Below the pieces are notes generated by a model, which saw only the letters and a program-made list of their open reading frames with translations, did not search any database and was not told the origin of the DNA. DNA of 64,000 nt from Candidatus Saccharimonadota bacterium. Lineage in GTDB: Bacteria > Patescibacteriota > Saccharimonadia > Saccharimonadales > JACDBH01. The stretch is taken from the NCBI GenBank assembly GCA_013694995.1, contig JACDBH010000004.1:128995-192994 (forward strand). Direction: 5' to 3'. Each line of letters starts with the position of its first letter. Position 1 is the stretch's first letter. A program made the position numbers and the translations under genes. Below, piece after piece: positions 44,688-55,439 of the stretch.

Positions 44688-46702
44688 CATATACCGAAGC
44701 TAAAAACCGCATAGAAAAGCTCAAAAAACTAATCAACGATTACCGCTATCATTACCATGTGCTTGACGAGTCTATTATGAGCGAAGCTGCGGCTGACAGT
44801 CTGAAACATGAGCTTACGAAGCTGGAAGAAACCTACCCGGATCTACTAACTAACGACTCACCGACGCAGCGGGTGGCTGGTACGGCATTGGATAAGTTTG
44901 TTAAAGTTGAACACAAATACCCAATGATTAGCCTGAATGACGTGTTTGACCGTGAGGAAGTGGAGGCTTGGATCAAACGTACAGATAAGTTGGCACCAGG
45001 GCGTACGCATCAGTATTTCTGCGATATTAAAATGGATGGCCTGGCCTGTGCGTTGATTTATGAAAACGGCACGTTAAAGCAGGCGGTTACACGTGGTGAT
45101 AGCATGGTCGGTGAAGACGTTACCCAAAACATACGGACTATAATCAACGTGCTGGTATCAATGCGTAAAAATAAATCTAATCAGCTATTTCTTAAAGGAC
45201 GAACTGAAGTCCGTGGGGAAATAGTAATGTATAAAAAGGATTTTGCAGAACTAAATAAGAAGCGCGAAGCAGCAGGAAAGCCGATTTTTGCAAATCCGCG
45301 CAATCTTGCTGCTGGCACTATCCGACAGCTTGATGCGCGGCTGGTGGCTGAGCGCCCACTGCATTTCCGGGCATATGATCTTCTGCGTGATAACCCGGCT
45401 GAAGTACCAAGCAATGATTTGGCATATAAAGTCTTGATTTCTTTAGGCATTACTACCAACAATCAGGCTGAAGTATTTTCTGATGTTGATTTGGTTATGA
45501 AGTTTGCTGACGAATGGCAGCAGAAACGTCACGAATTACCGTTTAACACCGATGGTTTGGTTATTAAATTAAACGACCGGAAGCTGTTTGCCGACCTTGG
45601 TACGGTCGGCAAGACGCCCAGAGGAGCAGTTGCGTATAAATATGCAGCCGAGGAAGCGACTACGATAGTTAAAGACATTGTGATCAGCATTGGTAGAACT
45701 GGGGCAGCCACTCCGGTGGCCGTATTTGACCCGGTGGTTGTGGCCGGTACGACCGTACAGCATGCCAGCTTACATAACGCCGATGAGATAAAGCGCAGGG
45801 ATATCCGTGTGGGTGACACGGTTGTTATCTATAAGGCCGGTGATATCATACCGCAAGTTGAAAAAGTTCTACTGGAGCTCAGGCCGAAAGTTGCTAAAAC
45901 ATTCAACATGTTTACGGAACTCAGCCGACAATATCCTGAGTTGGAGTTTGTACGTCCGGAAGGGGAGGCTGTATACCGGGTCAAGGGCGCAACGGGACCA
46001 TTGCTCCTAAAACGCGCCCTCGAACACTTTGCGAGCAAAAGCGCACTCGATATCGATACCTTGGGTGAAAAGAATGTTGAAGCCCTTGTGGATGCAAATT
46101 TGGTGCATGATCTCGCAGACCTTTACACTGTCACTAAAGAGCAGCTGTTGAATCTTGAACGTTTCGCCGAGGTGTCGGCCGAAAATCTCGTTAATGCGAT
46201 AGGCGCAAAAAAGCATCCTTCTTTGTCCCGTTTTGTGTATGGGCTTGGCATCCGGCATGTTGGTACGCAGACGGCAGTAGATCTGGCAAATTATTTCAAG
46301 AAACTTGATAACCTCGGCACTGCTACCTACGAAAATCTACGTGCCGTCAATGGCATAGGTGAAGTTGTCGCTGATTCGATCCTTGGATGGTTCGTCGACG
46401 ATGATAACCAGGCTCTACTGTCAAAATTCCGGGTTTTAGGCGTATGGCCTAGGGACGTGACAATAGCTGGAGGCAAATTAAGCGGCAAAAGTTTCGTAGT
46501 TACTGGTACGCTTGAGACAATGGGCAGGGAAGCCGTTGCAGAAAAAGTCCGTAATTTAGGTGGCACCTTCCAATCGTCAGTTGCATCAGGAACGACATAT
46601 TTGGTAATGGGTAAGAACGCGGGGCAAAGTAAAGCTGATAAAGCCAAAAAACTTGGCACACAAATCATTAATGAAACAGAGCTGCTGAAACTTATCGGCT
46701 AA
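44684..46702 (+). CDS. ligA: NAD-dependent DNA ligase
   Basis: KMDGLA, TRGD, FANPRNLAAG, IGRTG, HhH and C-terminal BRCT. Confidence 0.97.
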   Translation: MTYTEAKNRIEKLKKLINDYRYHYHVLDESIMSEAAADSLKHELTKLEETYPDLLTNDSPTQRVAGTALDKFVKVEHKYPMISLNDVFDREEVEAWIKRTDKLAPGRTHQYFCDIKMDGLACALIYENGTLKQAVTRGDSMVGEDVTQNIRTIINVLVSMRKNKSNQLFLKGRTEVRGEIVMYKKDFAELNKKREAAGKPIFANPRNLAAGTIRQLDARLVAERPLHFRAYDLLRDNPAEVPSNDLAYKVLISLGITTNNQAEVFSDVDLVMKFADEWQQKRHELPFNTDGLVIKLNDRKLFADLGTVGKTPRGAVAYKYAAEEATTIVKDIVISIGRTGAATPVAVFDPVVVAGTTVQHASLHNADEIKRRDIRVGDTVVIYKAGDIIPQVEKVLLELRPKVAKTFNMFTELSRQYPELEFVRPEGEAVYRVKGATGPLLLKRALEHFASKSALDIDTLGEKNVEALVDANLVHDLADLYTVTKEQLLNLERFAEVSAENLVNAIGAKKHPSLSRFVYGLGIRHVGTQTAVDLANYFKKLDNLGTATYENLRAVNGIGEVVADSILGWFVDDDNQALLSKFRVLGVWPRDVTIAGGKLSGKSFVVTGTLETMGREAVAEKVRNLGGTFQSSVASGTTYLVMGKNAGQSKADKAKKLGTQIINETELLKLIG

Positions 46703-46761
46703 GATGACTACTGTATGTCAGGACACATTTTTAATGTACAATAAACCCTAAAGAGAGATGT

Positions 46762-47340
46762 ATGATAGACCTGATAAATCCGGTTGCTAAAGAAGCCCTG
46801 AGTCAAAGCCTTGAAAAGTATTTTGCCAAATGGGACGAATACGTTGCACGCATGGGCATTTATGCAATTGCCGAAAAAATGCAGCCGGTCGCAGTCGGAT
46901 GGAAAGTCGGTAACCGTGATGAATACCGGCGAACCATGAGTGTACTTGATAATTATGCCCTCCAGATACATACCTTAACGGTCAGTAAGCGAAAGATAGC
47001 TACAGTTGTGTTAGAGGAGCCGCTGGCTCGTGGTATAACGACAATAAAAGTAATTGAGCGCCGTGCAGGTGCAAATGATCCTGTTGGTCTTGATCATGTT
47101 GATTTTTATCTTCCAATGATAGATGGCATTGCAGAAATGCTTGAACGTGGAGAGGCTAACTGGCGTAGGCAGGGCAGCGAAAAGTATCAGCGCATCAGTG
47201 TCCGCTTTGGTCCAGAATCGTTGTATGAAGCCAAGATAATTGACCATACAGTTTTAGATATCGCTGCTGATGAGCTTGTACACGCCAGCAAGAAGCTGTT
47301 GAAACCAACTCCACGCAGTAAAAAAGCCACCATGAATTAA
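46762..47340 (+). CDS. hypothetical protein, possibly VOC/YecM-like
   Basis: RKIATVVL...IKVIE...GLDHVDFY pattern. Confidence 0.6.
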   Translation: MIDLINPVAKEALSQSLEKYFAKWDEYVARMGIYAIAEKMQPVAVGWKVGNRDEYRRTMSVLDNYALQIHTLTVSKRKIATVVLEEPLARGITTIKVIERRAGANDPVGLDHVDFYLPMIDGIAEMLERGEANWRRQGSEKYQRISVRFGPESLYEAKIIDHTVLDIAADELVHASKKLLKPTPRSKKATMN

Positions 47341-47412
47341 AAAGCGATCAACAGTACCTGATCGCTTTTTGGCCGTACAACAGCTACAGACTCTAGCTAG
47401 TAGATATAAAAA

Positions 47413-47489
47413 TGGTGGAGCATAAGGGATTCGAACCCTTGACCTCTTCCATGCCATGGAAGCGCGCTAGCCAACTGCGCTAATGCCCC
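47413..47489 (-). tRNA. tRNA-Ala(GGC)
   Basis: GGGGCAT/ATGCTCC-ACCA with G3-U70, cttcc-atGGCat-ggaag, GGTTCGAATCC. Confidence 0.95.
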
Positions 47490-47587
47490 TTAATTACAAG
47501 GGGTGATTGTAGCAGAATAAGCAGCTAAGATAAAGAGTTGTTACTCTGAATAAGATACGGCTTCCTGATGATATACTGGACTGAAGC

Positions 47588-48865
47588 ATGAAACAAATAT
47601 TAAAGAATACGGTTGCTTCAATATTGGGCTGGCAAGTACGTCGTCTGCGGAAGAAGACAAGCTTTATAACTATTGGTGTTGTTGGCAGTATTGGTAAAAC
47701 CAACACCAAGCTGGCAATAGCTGAAGTATTAGAAAAAAAGTTCAAGGTACAGTACCAGAGTGGCAATTACAACGATATAGTTAGTGTACCGCTAATATAT
47801 TTTGGTCATTCGCTGCCTAGCCTGTTTAGTCCTGTGGCTTGGCTGAAAATATTTATAAGTAACGAAAAAATTTTGGGCAAAGCTTATCCATATGATATTG
47901 TCGTGCTCGAGCTTGGAACAGATGGACCAGGACAAATTAATGCATTTAGTAAGTACGTAAGCCTAGACTATGCGGTCATTACAGCAATAACGCCCGAGCA
48001 TATGGAATATTTCGAAACGATGGAGGCGGTAGTTCAAGAGGAGTTGTCAATTAAAAACTTTGCTAAAAAGTTGATCTATAACACTGATTATATAGATGCA
48101 GCTTATTACAATCAGATTGCAGAAGGCAGCGTAAGCTATGCCATTAAAAACGTCGATGCAGACTTCCATCTCGCTAATATTTATCATTCAGCCCAGGGCC
48201 TAGAGGCGGATGTAAAATATGAAAAAGAAATACTACTACATTTTGCACATGAAGTCGTTTCAAGCATTCAACTTTATTCTGTTCTGGCGGCTATAATAGT
48301 AGCCCGAGAACTAGAAATGAAGACGACGGAGATTATAGCGTCAATTGCAAATATAAGACCTGTCAGCGGACGTTTACGTAGGCTAAGGGGGATAAATAAC
48401 AGTACCATAATTGATGATACTTATAACTCAAGCCCAGCGGCGGTAGAGGCAGGACTTGAAATGCTGTACAAGCTACAGGCTTCACAAAAGATAGCGATTT
48501 TAGGCAGTATGAATGAACTGGGCTCGATGTCGGCTGATGCCCATACCGAGATAGGTAAGCTTTGTGATCCTAAGCATTTAGACTTATTGGTCACTATTGG
48601 TGCAGAAGCAAACAAATATACAGCATCTGCAGCCGAAGCTAGCGGCTGCACAGTCAAAAAATTTGATGATCCATATGCAGCCGGAGAATATCTTCAGAGT
48701 CAAATCAAAGGAGAGGCAATAATATTTGCGAAAGGGTCGCAAAATGGTGTTTTTGCTGAAGAAGTTATAAAGCTATTATTAGCAGATCCAGAAGATGCCA
48801 ATAAGTTGGTTCGGCAGTCTCCATATTGGATGCAAAGGAAAAAGAAAGGCTTTAATAAAGGATAA
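47588..48865 (+). CDS. murF: Mur ligase, MurF-like
   Basis: GVVGSIGKT, GNYN, VLELG, IIDDTYNSSP, LGSMNELG, AKGSQ. Confidence 0.8.
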   Translation: MKQILKNTVASILGWQVRRLRKKTSFITIGVVGSIGKTNTKLAIAEVLEKKFKVQYQSGNYNDIVSVPLIYFGHSLPSLFSPVAWLKIFISNEKILGKAYPYDIVVLELGTDGPGQINAFSKYVSLDYAVITAITPEHMEYFETMEAVVQEELSIKNFAKKLIYNTDYIDAAYYNQIAEGSVSYAIKNVDADFHLANIYHSAQGLEADVKYEKEILLHFAHEVVSSIQLYSVLAAIIVARELEMKTTEIIASIANIRPVSGRLRRLRGINNSTIIDDTYNSSPAAVEAGLEMLYKLQASQKIAILGSMNELGSMSADAHTEIGKLCDPKHLDLLVTIGAEANKYTASAAEASGCTVKKFDDPYAAGEYLQSQIKGEAIIFAKGSQNGVFAEEVIKLLLADPEDANKLVRQSPYWMQRKKKGFNKG

Positions 48866-48869
48866 CTAC

Positions 48870-49790
48870 ATGGCACGAGTATACGAAAAAGTATTTTATG
48901 GCGATAAATTAGTGCCGCTAAGCGAGGCTAGCCTAAGTGTTGCAAGTTCAGCTGTATTATATGGCCTAAGTGTCTATACAGTTTTCCCGGTGTCACTAAA
49001 TAACAAGGGCCAACTTGTCGCTTTTAGGCTGCAAGACCACTTCAGGCGCCTTACGTCATCGGCTAAAATTATCGGCATAGATACATTTGAAAAAAAATGG
49101 AATTACGAACGATTTGTGGATGCGGTTAACCAGGTTGTTACGGATCAAAAACCTACGGAGGACGTATTTGTAAGGGCGACAATTCATGTGGATGCACTAG
49201 TCGCTGGAACGCGCTCTAGGGGACTTAGCACAGTACTCAGTATGTTTCTATACGAAGCGCTGCCCATTATCCCGCAAGACGGGGCACGGCTGAAAACCAG
49301 TGTTTGGCGTAGGATTCCAGATTACGCCATTCCATCGCGTGCTAAAGTGAACGGTGCATATGTAAATTCTGTTCTTGCCAAACAAGACGCAATTGATAGT
49401 GGCTATGATGACTGTATTTTTCTTGATTCCCAGGGTCATGTTTGCGAACTCAGCGCTGCTAATATCTTTATAATCCGCGACGGAGCATTGATAACACCCG
49501 ACACTACACATGATCTACTTGAAGGCATTAATCGCAGAACGGTTATTCAGCTTGCATACGATCTAGATATACCGGTAGTAGAACGCGCAGTTGATCTAAC
49601 GGAACTTTACATTGCCGATGAGGCATTTGCCTGCGGCACCTCAGCGTTCGTAGCGCCAATAAAAGAAGTTGATGCCAGGCAAATAGGCAACGGTCACACG
49701 CCGATTACTGAAAAACTGCGGCCTCTCCATAGCGCTGTGATTCATGGCAACCACCCCGGCTATGAAAAATGGCTGACAGTTATTTCGTAG
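48870..49790 (+). CDS. class IV PLP-dependent aminotransferase (BCAT/D-amino-acid transaminase family)
   Basis: FRLQDHFRRL, RAKVNGAY (PLP Lys), ELSAANIF, LLEGINR, ADEAFACGT; start reassigned to ATG 48870. Confidence 0.88.
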   Translation: MARVYEKVFYGDKLVPLSEASLSVASSAVLYGLSVYTVFPVSLNNKGQLVAFRLQDHFRRLTSSAKIIGIDTFEKKWNYERFVDAVNQVVTDQKPTEDVFVRATIHVDALVAGTRSRGLSTVLSMFLYEALPIIPQDGARLKTSVWRRIPDYAIPSRAKVNGAYVNSVLAKQDAIDSGYDDCIFLDSQGHVCELSAANIFIIRDGALITPDTTHDLLEGINRRTVIQLAYDLDIPVVERAVDLTELYIADEAFACGTSAFVAPIKEVDARQIGNGHTPITEKLRPLHSAVIHGNHPGYEKWLTVIS

Positions 49791-50679
49791 TTGCAAGAAT
49801 TAATAATCTGTCTACAAATTGTGGCATGGAGTAACCAGCTTCCCGCACCATTTTGGGAAGCAGGCTTTGATCGGTTAACCCAGGGATTGTGTTGGTTTCC
49901 AGTACGTGCAGAATATTATTTGAGTCAATCATAATGTCTGTCCGTGACATATGCCGGCAACCCGTAAGTTCGTGTATTTTCAGCGCTATATTTTGTGCCT
50001 GTTTTTGCAGCTCGATGCTTACATTTACTGGGGGGCACAGTTCCTGAGTTGCTCCATTGTATTTATTTTCATAATCAAAGTCACCATTCTCAGGCGGAAT
50101 AATTTCAATAATCGGTAACGCTTCATTATCGAAAATCCCGACAGTAATCTCACTACCTTCAGTCAATGGCTCGAGTAGCATTTGAGGATATTTTTGTAAT
50201 AACTCCGCAGCTTGGCTAACACTTTGGTCATCAATAGTTCTTATAATTAACGTATCAAGGCTGCTGCCGCCATCGAAGGGTTTAAGCACAAATGGTTTTT
50301 GGAATTCAGGAATTCCCATATCATTTCTTGAAATCAATCTACCCTTAGAAGCCGGCAGACTATTTTTTGAAAGAAACTGTTTATACCGCCACTTATCAAA
50401 ACAAAGCGCAGATGCTTCGCTGCCACTACCGACAAATGGAATTCCTAAGTCCTCGAGCTCTCTTTGAAGTACGCCGTCTTCTCCTCCAGCACCATGAAGG
50501 ACTGGGAAAACGACCTTAATGCCGTTAACTAAATTTCTTATATCAAAATCTGGTTCTGCCGGGTCAGCAATTTTACATTGGTGGCCGGCAGCGATTAAAG
50601 CTTCTTTTACTGAATTGCCAGAACGCAACGAGACTTCGCGCTCATTAGATTTTCCTCCTGATAAAAGCAGCACATTCAT
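49780..50679 (-). CDS. ddl: D-alanine--D-alanine ligase
   Basis: GGKSNEREVSLRSG, LHGAGGEDG, GGSS, YENKY, LETNTIPG. Confidence 0.95.
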   Translation of the reverse strand: MNVLLLSGGKSNEREVSLRSGNSVKEALIAAGHQCKIADPAEPDFDIRNLVNGIKVVFPVLHGAGGEDGVLQRELEDLGIPFVGSGSEASALCFDKWRYKQFLSKNSLPASKGRLISRNDMGIPEFQKPFVLKPFDGGSSLDTLIIRTIDDQSVSQAAELLQKYPQMLLEPLTEGSEITVGIFDNEALPIIEIIPPENGDFDYENKYNGATQELCPPVNVSIELQKQAQNIALKIHELTGCRHMSRTDIMIDSNNILHVLETNTIPGLTDQSLLPKMVREAGYSMPQFVDRLLILATTK

Positions 50680-50830
50680 GAGGCACAGTATACGCTAATA
50701 GAATTTAAGTAATTCAAACTATTGGTAATTATTACGGTCTAAGAGATTATAATTTGGTACCTCTTTGATATTAGCAAGATTGAGTCCCTCTAGAGTATAT
50801 CTGTTAAATAGAGTAAAATGTTACAAAGAT

Positions 50831-53257
50831 ATGCAGCGCTACAACCCTAAAGAAATCGAACCCAAATGGCAAAAGATCTGGGAAGATTCTAAGATTTACG
50901 AGGCAGATAATTCGTCTGATAAGCCCAAGAAGTACATTTTAGAATATTTCCCGTATCCTAGTGGTGCCGCCATGCACGTTGGGCACGTGCGCAATTACAC
51001 TATTGGCGATGCCATGGCACGTTTCTACCGTATGCAGGGCTTCAATGTACTGCACCCTATGGGGTGGGACGCATTTGGCTTGCCGGCGGAAAATTATGCT
51101 ATTAAGAATAACATCAGCCCCCAAACTGCCATAAAAGAGAATACCGGGAAGTTTAAACAGCAATTGATGCAAATGGGGTTTAGTTACGATTGGTCACGCG
51201 AAATAAACTCGTCCGATCCATCTTATTACAAATGGACGCAATGGTTTTTCCAATTGTTGTTCGAACGCGGGCTTGCATATCAAAAAGAATCTTTGCAGTG
51301 GTGGTGCGAACACGATAAAACGGTACTGGCCAACGAGCAAGTTGAAGCTGGCAAGTGCTGGCGTTGTGGCAACTCGGTAAGTAAGAAGTCACTTAATCAG
51401 TGGTTCTTTAAGATTACCGATTACGCTGAACGCCTGGCCGATGATTTGGAAAAATTAGACTGGCCCGATGGTGTTAAAGCTATGCAGCGCAACTGGATTG
51501 GTAAGAGCAAGGGTGCAGAAGTTGATTTTAGAGTTGAAGATGCTAATGGTGTAATCCGTGTGTTCACTACCCGGCCTGATACCTTATTTGGCGCAACTTT
51601 CATAGTATTAGCGCCCGAGCATCCCCTAATCGATACGCTAGTAACTGACAGTGAGAAAATCAAGGTAGAGGAGTATATAAAAACTTCTGTGCAAAAATCC
51701 GAGATTGAACGTCAGGAGACGGATCGTGATAAAACAGGAGTTTTTACTGGTTCTTATGCGATTAATCCGGTCAACAATGCCAAAGTCCCTATTTGGGTAG
51801 CGGACTACGTACTGCCAGGTTATGGCACCGGCGCTATTATGGCAGTGCCGGCACATGACGAGCGTGATTATGATTTTGCCAAGAAGTTTGACCTACAAAT
51901 TATTGAAGTAGTACAAAAGCCCGAAGGATTTGAAGGTTGCTACAGCGGCGAAGGGTTGATGGTGAGCTCAAACCATTACAATGGTCTCAGCTCAAGCGAC
52001 GCTAGGGAAAAAATTGTTTCAGATTTGTCCAGCCAAGGTGCTGCCGAAGAAAAAATAAATTATAAAATTCGCGACTGGCTAATAAGCCGCCAGCGTTATT
52101 GGGGCGCACCAATCCCTATTATTCACTGCCAAAAAGACGGTGCGGTGGCGGTGCCAAAAGACCAATTACCTGTTGTGCTGCCGGAAGTTGAAAGTTTTCA
52201 GCCAACCGGTGATGGCAGGAGCGTATTAGCTAGCATACCAGAGTGGGTCTATACTACTTGTCCAAAGTGCGGCGGTCCTGCCCAGCGCGAAACCGACACC
52301 ATGGACGGCTTTGCCTGTAGCAGCTGGTATTTCTTAAGATTTGCCGATCCGCACAGTGACAATGAACCGTTCAGTAAAGACAAGGTTAAATACTGGTTGC
52401 CGGTTGATGATTACATCGGTGGGGCCGAGCATGCTGTTATGCACCTGCTTTATGCTCGGATGTGGACTAAAGTAATGTTTGACTCTAACTTGATCGAATT
52501 TGATGAGCCATTTTTAAAATTACGGAACCAGGGAATGATATTGGCGCCTGATGGTCGTAAAATGAGCAAGAGCTGGGGCAATGTCATTGCACCTGACGAT
52601 ATTATTGCTCAGGGGTATGGAGCTGATAGCGTGCGTCTTATGGAATTGTTTATTGGACCATGGGATCAATCAGCTGCCTGGAGCATTGAAGGGATGGGTG
52701 GCGTATTTAGGTTCTTGCAGCGCGTATGGACATTAGTACAAGAATATTTAGCATCAGAAAAAGGCCATATAGATACACGAGCCTTGCATCAATCCATACA
52801 TCGCACAATTCAAAAAGTAACAGTCGACATTTCTGAAATGAGCTTTAATACAGCCATAGCAGCCTTGATGGAATGTGTAAACGAGCTTTATAAAATTAAA
52901 TCGGTTGATAAATATTCTTCTGAGGGATGGCAAAATTCGCTTGAAACATTAGTACAGCTAACTGCGCCGTTTGCTCCTCATATAGCCGAGGAAATGTGGG
53001 CACAACTTGAGTGTGAGGGCTCTGTTCACGCAAGTGACTGGCCAATTTGGAGTGATGATTACTTGGTGGTAGAAACAATGAAGATAGCAGTACAAGTTAA
53101 TGGTAAATTGAGAGCCCAGCTTGTATTGCCTTCAGAATCAGATGAGGAAGAGGTAATTGCAGCGGCTAGGTCAGATGAAAAAATTAAAAAATACCTCACT
53201 ACAGAACCAGAAAAGGTGATTTACGTAGCCGGCAGACTCATAAATTTTGTTGTTTAA
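50831..53257 (+). CDS. leuS: leucine--tRNA ligase
   Basis: FPYPSG..HVGH, GWDAFGLPAEN, KMSKS; start reassigned to ATG 50831. Confidence 0.97.
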   Translation: MQRYNPKEIEPKWQKIWEDSKIYEADNSSDKPKKYILEYFPYPSGAAMHVGHVRNYTIGDAMARFYRMQGFNVLHPMGWDAFGLPAENYAIKNNISPQTAIKENTGKFKQQLMQMGFSYDWSREINSSDPSYYKWTQWFFQLLFERGLAYQKESLQWWCEHDKTVLANEQVEAGKCWRCGNSVSKKSLNQWFFKITDYAERLADDLEKLDWPDGVKAMQRNWIGKSKGAEVDFRVEDANGVIRVFTTRPDTLFGATFIVLAPEHPLIDTLVTDSEKIKVEEYIKTSVQKSEIERQETDRDKTGVFTGSYAINPVNNAKVPIWVADYVLPGYGTGAIMAVPAHDERDYDFAKKFDLQIIEVVQKPEGFEGCYSGEGLMVSSNHYNGLSSSDAREKIVSDLSSQGAAEEKINYKIRDWLISRQRYWGAPIPIIHCQKDGAVAVPKDQLPVVLPEVESFQPTGDGRSVLASIPEWVYTTCPKCGGPAQRETDTMDGFACSSWYFLRFADPHSDNEPFSKDKVKYWLPVDDYIGGAEHAVMHLLYARMWTKVMFDSNLIEFDEPFLKLRNQGMILAPDGRKMSKSWGNVIAPDDIIAQGYGADSVRLMELFIGPWDQSAAWSIEGMGGVFRFLQRVWTLVQEYLASEKGHIDTRALHQSIHRTIQKVTVDISEMSFNTAIAALMECVNELYKIKSVDKYSSEGWQNSLETLVQLTAPFAPHIAEEMWAQLECEGSVHASDWPIWSDDYLVVETMKIAVQVNGKLRAQLVLPSESDEEEVIAAARSDEKIKKYLTTEPEKVIYVAGRLINFVV

Positions 53258-53356
53258 CTAGCCTACTGGTCTCTACCCCTTGAGATTTTTACAGATTAGC
53301 GCTATAATACAGCGTAATTTACTACTTAAATGTAACAAAGGAGAGTATGTACTTCT

Positions 53357-53521
53357 ATGGGTAAGCCCAAGAAACGAACATCGCATCGTAAGACGGGTAC
53401 TCGCCGAAGCCATCATGTGGTCAAGCTGGCACGTGCTACCAATGCGACATCACCGGTAAAAGCTTTTACCACCATCCGTGAATCAGCTAAGGCAAAAGTC
53501 ACAAGCGAAGAAGTAAAGTAG
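53357..53521 (+). CDS. rpmF: 50S ribosomal protein L32 (no Zn-ribbon cysteines)
   Basis: Manual translation [20 protein letters not shown]...; position upstream of nusB. Confidence 0.85.
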   Translation: MGKPKKRTSHRKTGTRRSHHVVKLARATNATSPVKAFTTIRESAKAKVTSEEVK

Positions 53522-53567
53522 GGTATACTGGTACTCAACGTACCATAAGCGGAAAGTTAACAATTCT

Positions 53568-54029
53568 ATGGCATCCAATCGGCATTTAGGTCGCATCGTT
53601 GCACTACAGACGCTCTATGAGCAGGATTTTCGCCGTGAAGCCGGTGACGAATCATTTGACCTCACCGATGTCCTAGCCCGGAATATCAGCCGCTACCGTG
53701 AGACTATCGACGATACTGATTTTATTGACCAACTAGTCCAAGGGGTCATAAAGCACGAAGACGATCTAGATAAAATATTGCAGCCATTAGCCCAGGAGTG
53801 GCCGATAAATCAAATTGCACGTATGGATCGGGTCGTCTTACACATAGGAACCTATGAGCTAATGCACGACAAAGATATACCGCCTAAAGTAGTGATCAAT
53901 GAAGCGGTAGAATTAGCCAAAGCTTTCGGTGGAGAAAATAGCTCCAAATTCATTAACGGTGTACTTGGTTCGTTGTTACGGCAAATAGAAGAAAAGGAAT
54001 CCCCTAAGCCTAAAAAGGCCGACGCCTAG
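53568..54029 (+). CDS. nusB: transcription antitermination factor NusB
   Basis: [37 protein letters not shown]. Confidence 0.95.
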   Translation: MASNRHLGRIVALQTLYEQDFRREAGDESFDLTDVLARNISRYRETIDDTDFIDQLVQGVIKHEDDLDKILQPLAQEWPINQIARMDRVVLHIGTYELMHDKDIPPKVVINEAVELAKAFGGENSSKFINGVLGSLLRQIEEKESPKPKKADA

Positions 54030-54030
54030 A

Positions 54031-54597
54031 ATGGGCGACGTTCAAGACCCTACCCCAACTCCTGATTCCCGGGGCCGCAGGTATATAAAAAATATTATGA
54101 AGCGACCGAAACCAATCAAAGGATTTAAGACATTCATTAATCGCCGCCGTCCGGCAATTAATGAAGTTGTTCGTGAGCCAACTGCTGGCGGCATAGTTTT
54201 CCGCCATGCTAAAAATGGCACAGATGTGGAATTCTTACTCATCCAGGACGCCAAAAACCGTTGGACCATACCAAAAGGTCATATAGAAGAAGGTGAAGAC
54301 TCAAAGCAAACTGCTGAACGCGAGATACAGGAAGAAACTGGGCTCCAAGAGATGGAACTCCTGCAATGGCTGGGGAAGATTAACTTCCGATACCGTCGGC
54401 AAACCAGTCTGGTACTAATGACAACAGAAATCTTTTTGGTTCGGGCTAAAGGCGATAGCGACAAGCTCCAAGCTGAAGATTGGATGAACGACTGTAAATG
54501 GCTTCATTCTAGGGACGCACTTGATAAAATAGAGTACGATGACATTGGAAAATTGATGCTTGTCGCACTGTCCAAAATACGTAAAGGCAAGCTGTAA
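54031..54597 (+). CDS. NUDIX hydrolase
   Basis: Nudix box GHIEEGEDSKQTAEREIQEETGL. Confidence 0.9.
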   Translation: MGDVQDPTPTPDSRGRRYIKNIMKRPKPIKGFKTFINRRRPAINEVVREPTAGGIVFRHAKNGTDVEFLLIQDAKNRWTIPKGHIEEGEDSKQTAEREIQEETGLQEMELLQWLGKINFRYRRQTSLVLMTTEIFLVRAKGDSDKLQAEDWMNDCKWLHSRDALDKIEYDDIGKLMLVALSKIRKGKL

Positions 54598-54599
54598 AT

Positions 54600-55301
54600 A
54601 TGCAGGACATTACCAGTTACCAGGCATTTGCTTTAGAAAAACTGAATGTAGAATTCAGCGACATAGGCTTACTAATCACCTCATTAACCCATCGTTCTTA
54701 TGTCAACGAGCACCGATCAACCGTAAAAGATCACAATGAGCGGCTAGAGTTTCTGGGGGATGCAGTACTAGAGCTAGTTGTTACGGAATATTTATACACT
54801 AACTACAAGGAGCCTGAAGGCATACTTACCAACTGGCGCAGTGCTTTAGTGCGAACCGAGAGTATTAGTGCAGCCGCCAGCGCCTTAGGTTTTGAACCAT
54901 TCTTGCGACTTTCTAGGGGAGAAAAACGAGGCACCGAACGTGCCCGAGCCCAAATTTTAGCTAACAGCTTTGAAGCTGTTATAGGCGCAATTTATATAGA
55001 TAAAGGTTACGATGCAGCAAAGGAACTTATTGATAATACAATTCTAAGTACTTTTGCAAAAATTCTAGAAACTGGCTCATGGTTGGATGCTAAATCACGA
55101 GTACAGGAACTAGCCCAGAGCGTTCTTAGTTTTACGCCGTCCTACAAAGTTTTAGCAGAGGATGGTCCGGACCACGACAAGATGTTTACTGTAGGTGTCT
55201 ACATTGACACAAAACTGTATGGCAAAGGAAATGGCCCCAGCAAGCAAGCCGCTCAGCAGGCAGCAGCAGAAAAAGCCCTTAAAAAACTAGAAAAAAGTTA
55301 G
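54600..55301 (+). CDS. rnc: ribonuclease III
   Basis: HNERLEFLGDAVL signature and C-terminal dsRBD. Confidence 0.97.
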   Translation: MQDITSYQAFALEKLNVEFSDIGLLITSLTHRSYVNEHRSTVKDHNERLEFLGDAVLELVVTEYLYTNYKEPEGILTNWRSALVRTESISAAASALGFEPFLRLSRGEKRGTERARAQILANSFEAVIGAIYIDKGYDAAKELIDNTILSTFAKILETGSWLDAKSRVQELAQSVLSFTPSYKVLAEDGPDHDKMFTVGVYIDTKLYGKGNGPSKQAAQQAAAEKALKKLEKS

Positions 55302-55338
55302 TTTTATAATTAATTGATTTTGTTTCATTTCATATCTG

Positions 55339-55367
55339 TTGACAGATAAGATTTATATCTGTAGAAT
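55339..55367 (+). promoter_or_regulatory. sigma70 promoter of the rpsP operon
   Basis: TTGACA-17 bp-TAGAAT. Confidence 0.65.
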
Positions 55368-55439
55368 AGGTAAGACTTTTAGGTGATAATATAACATCCC
55401 GCTCCAACAGGCGGTTAGAAAGATAAATTTAAAGCTCAA

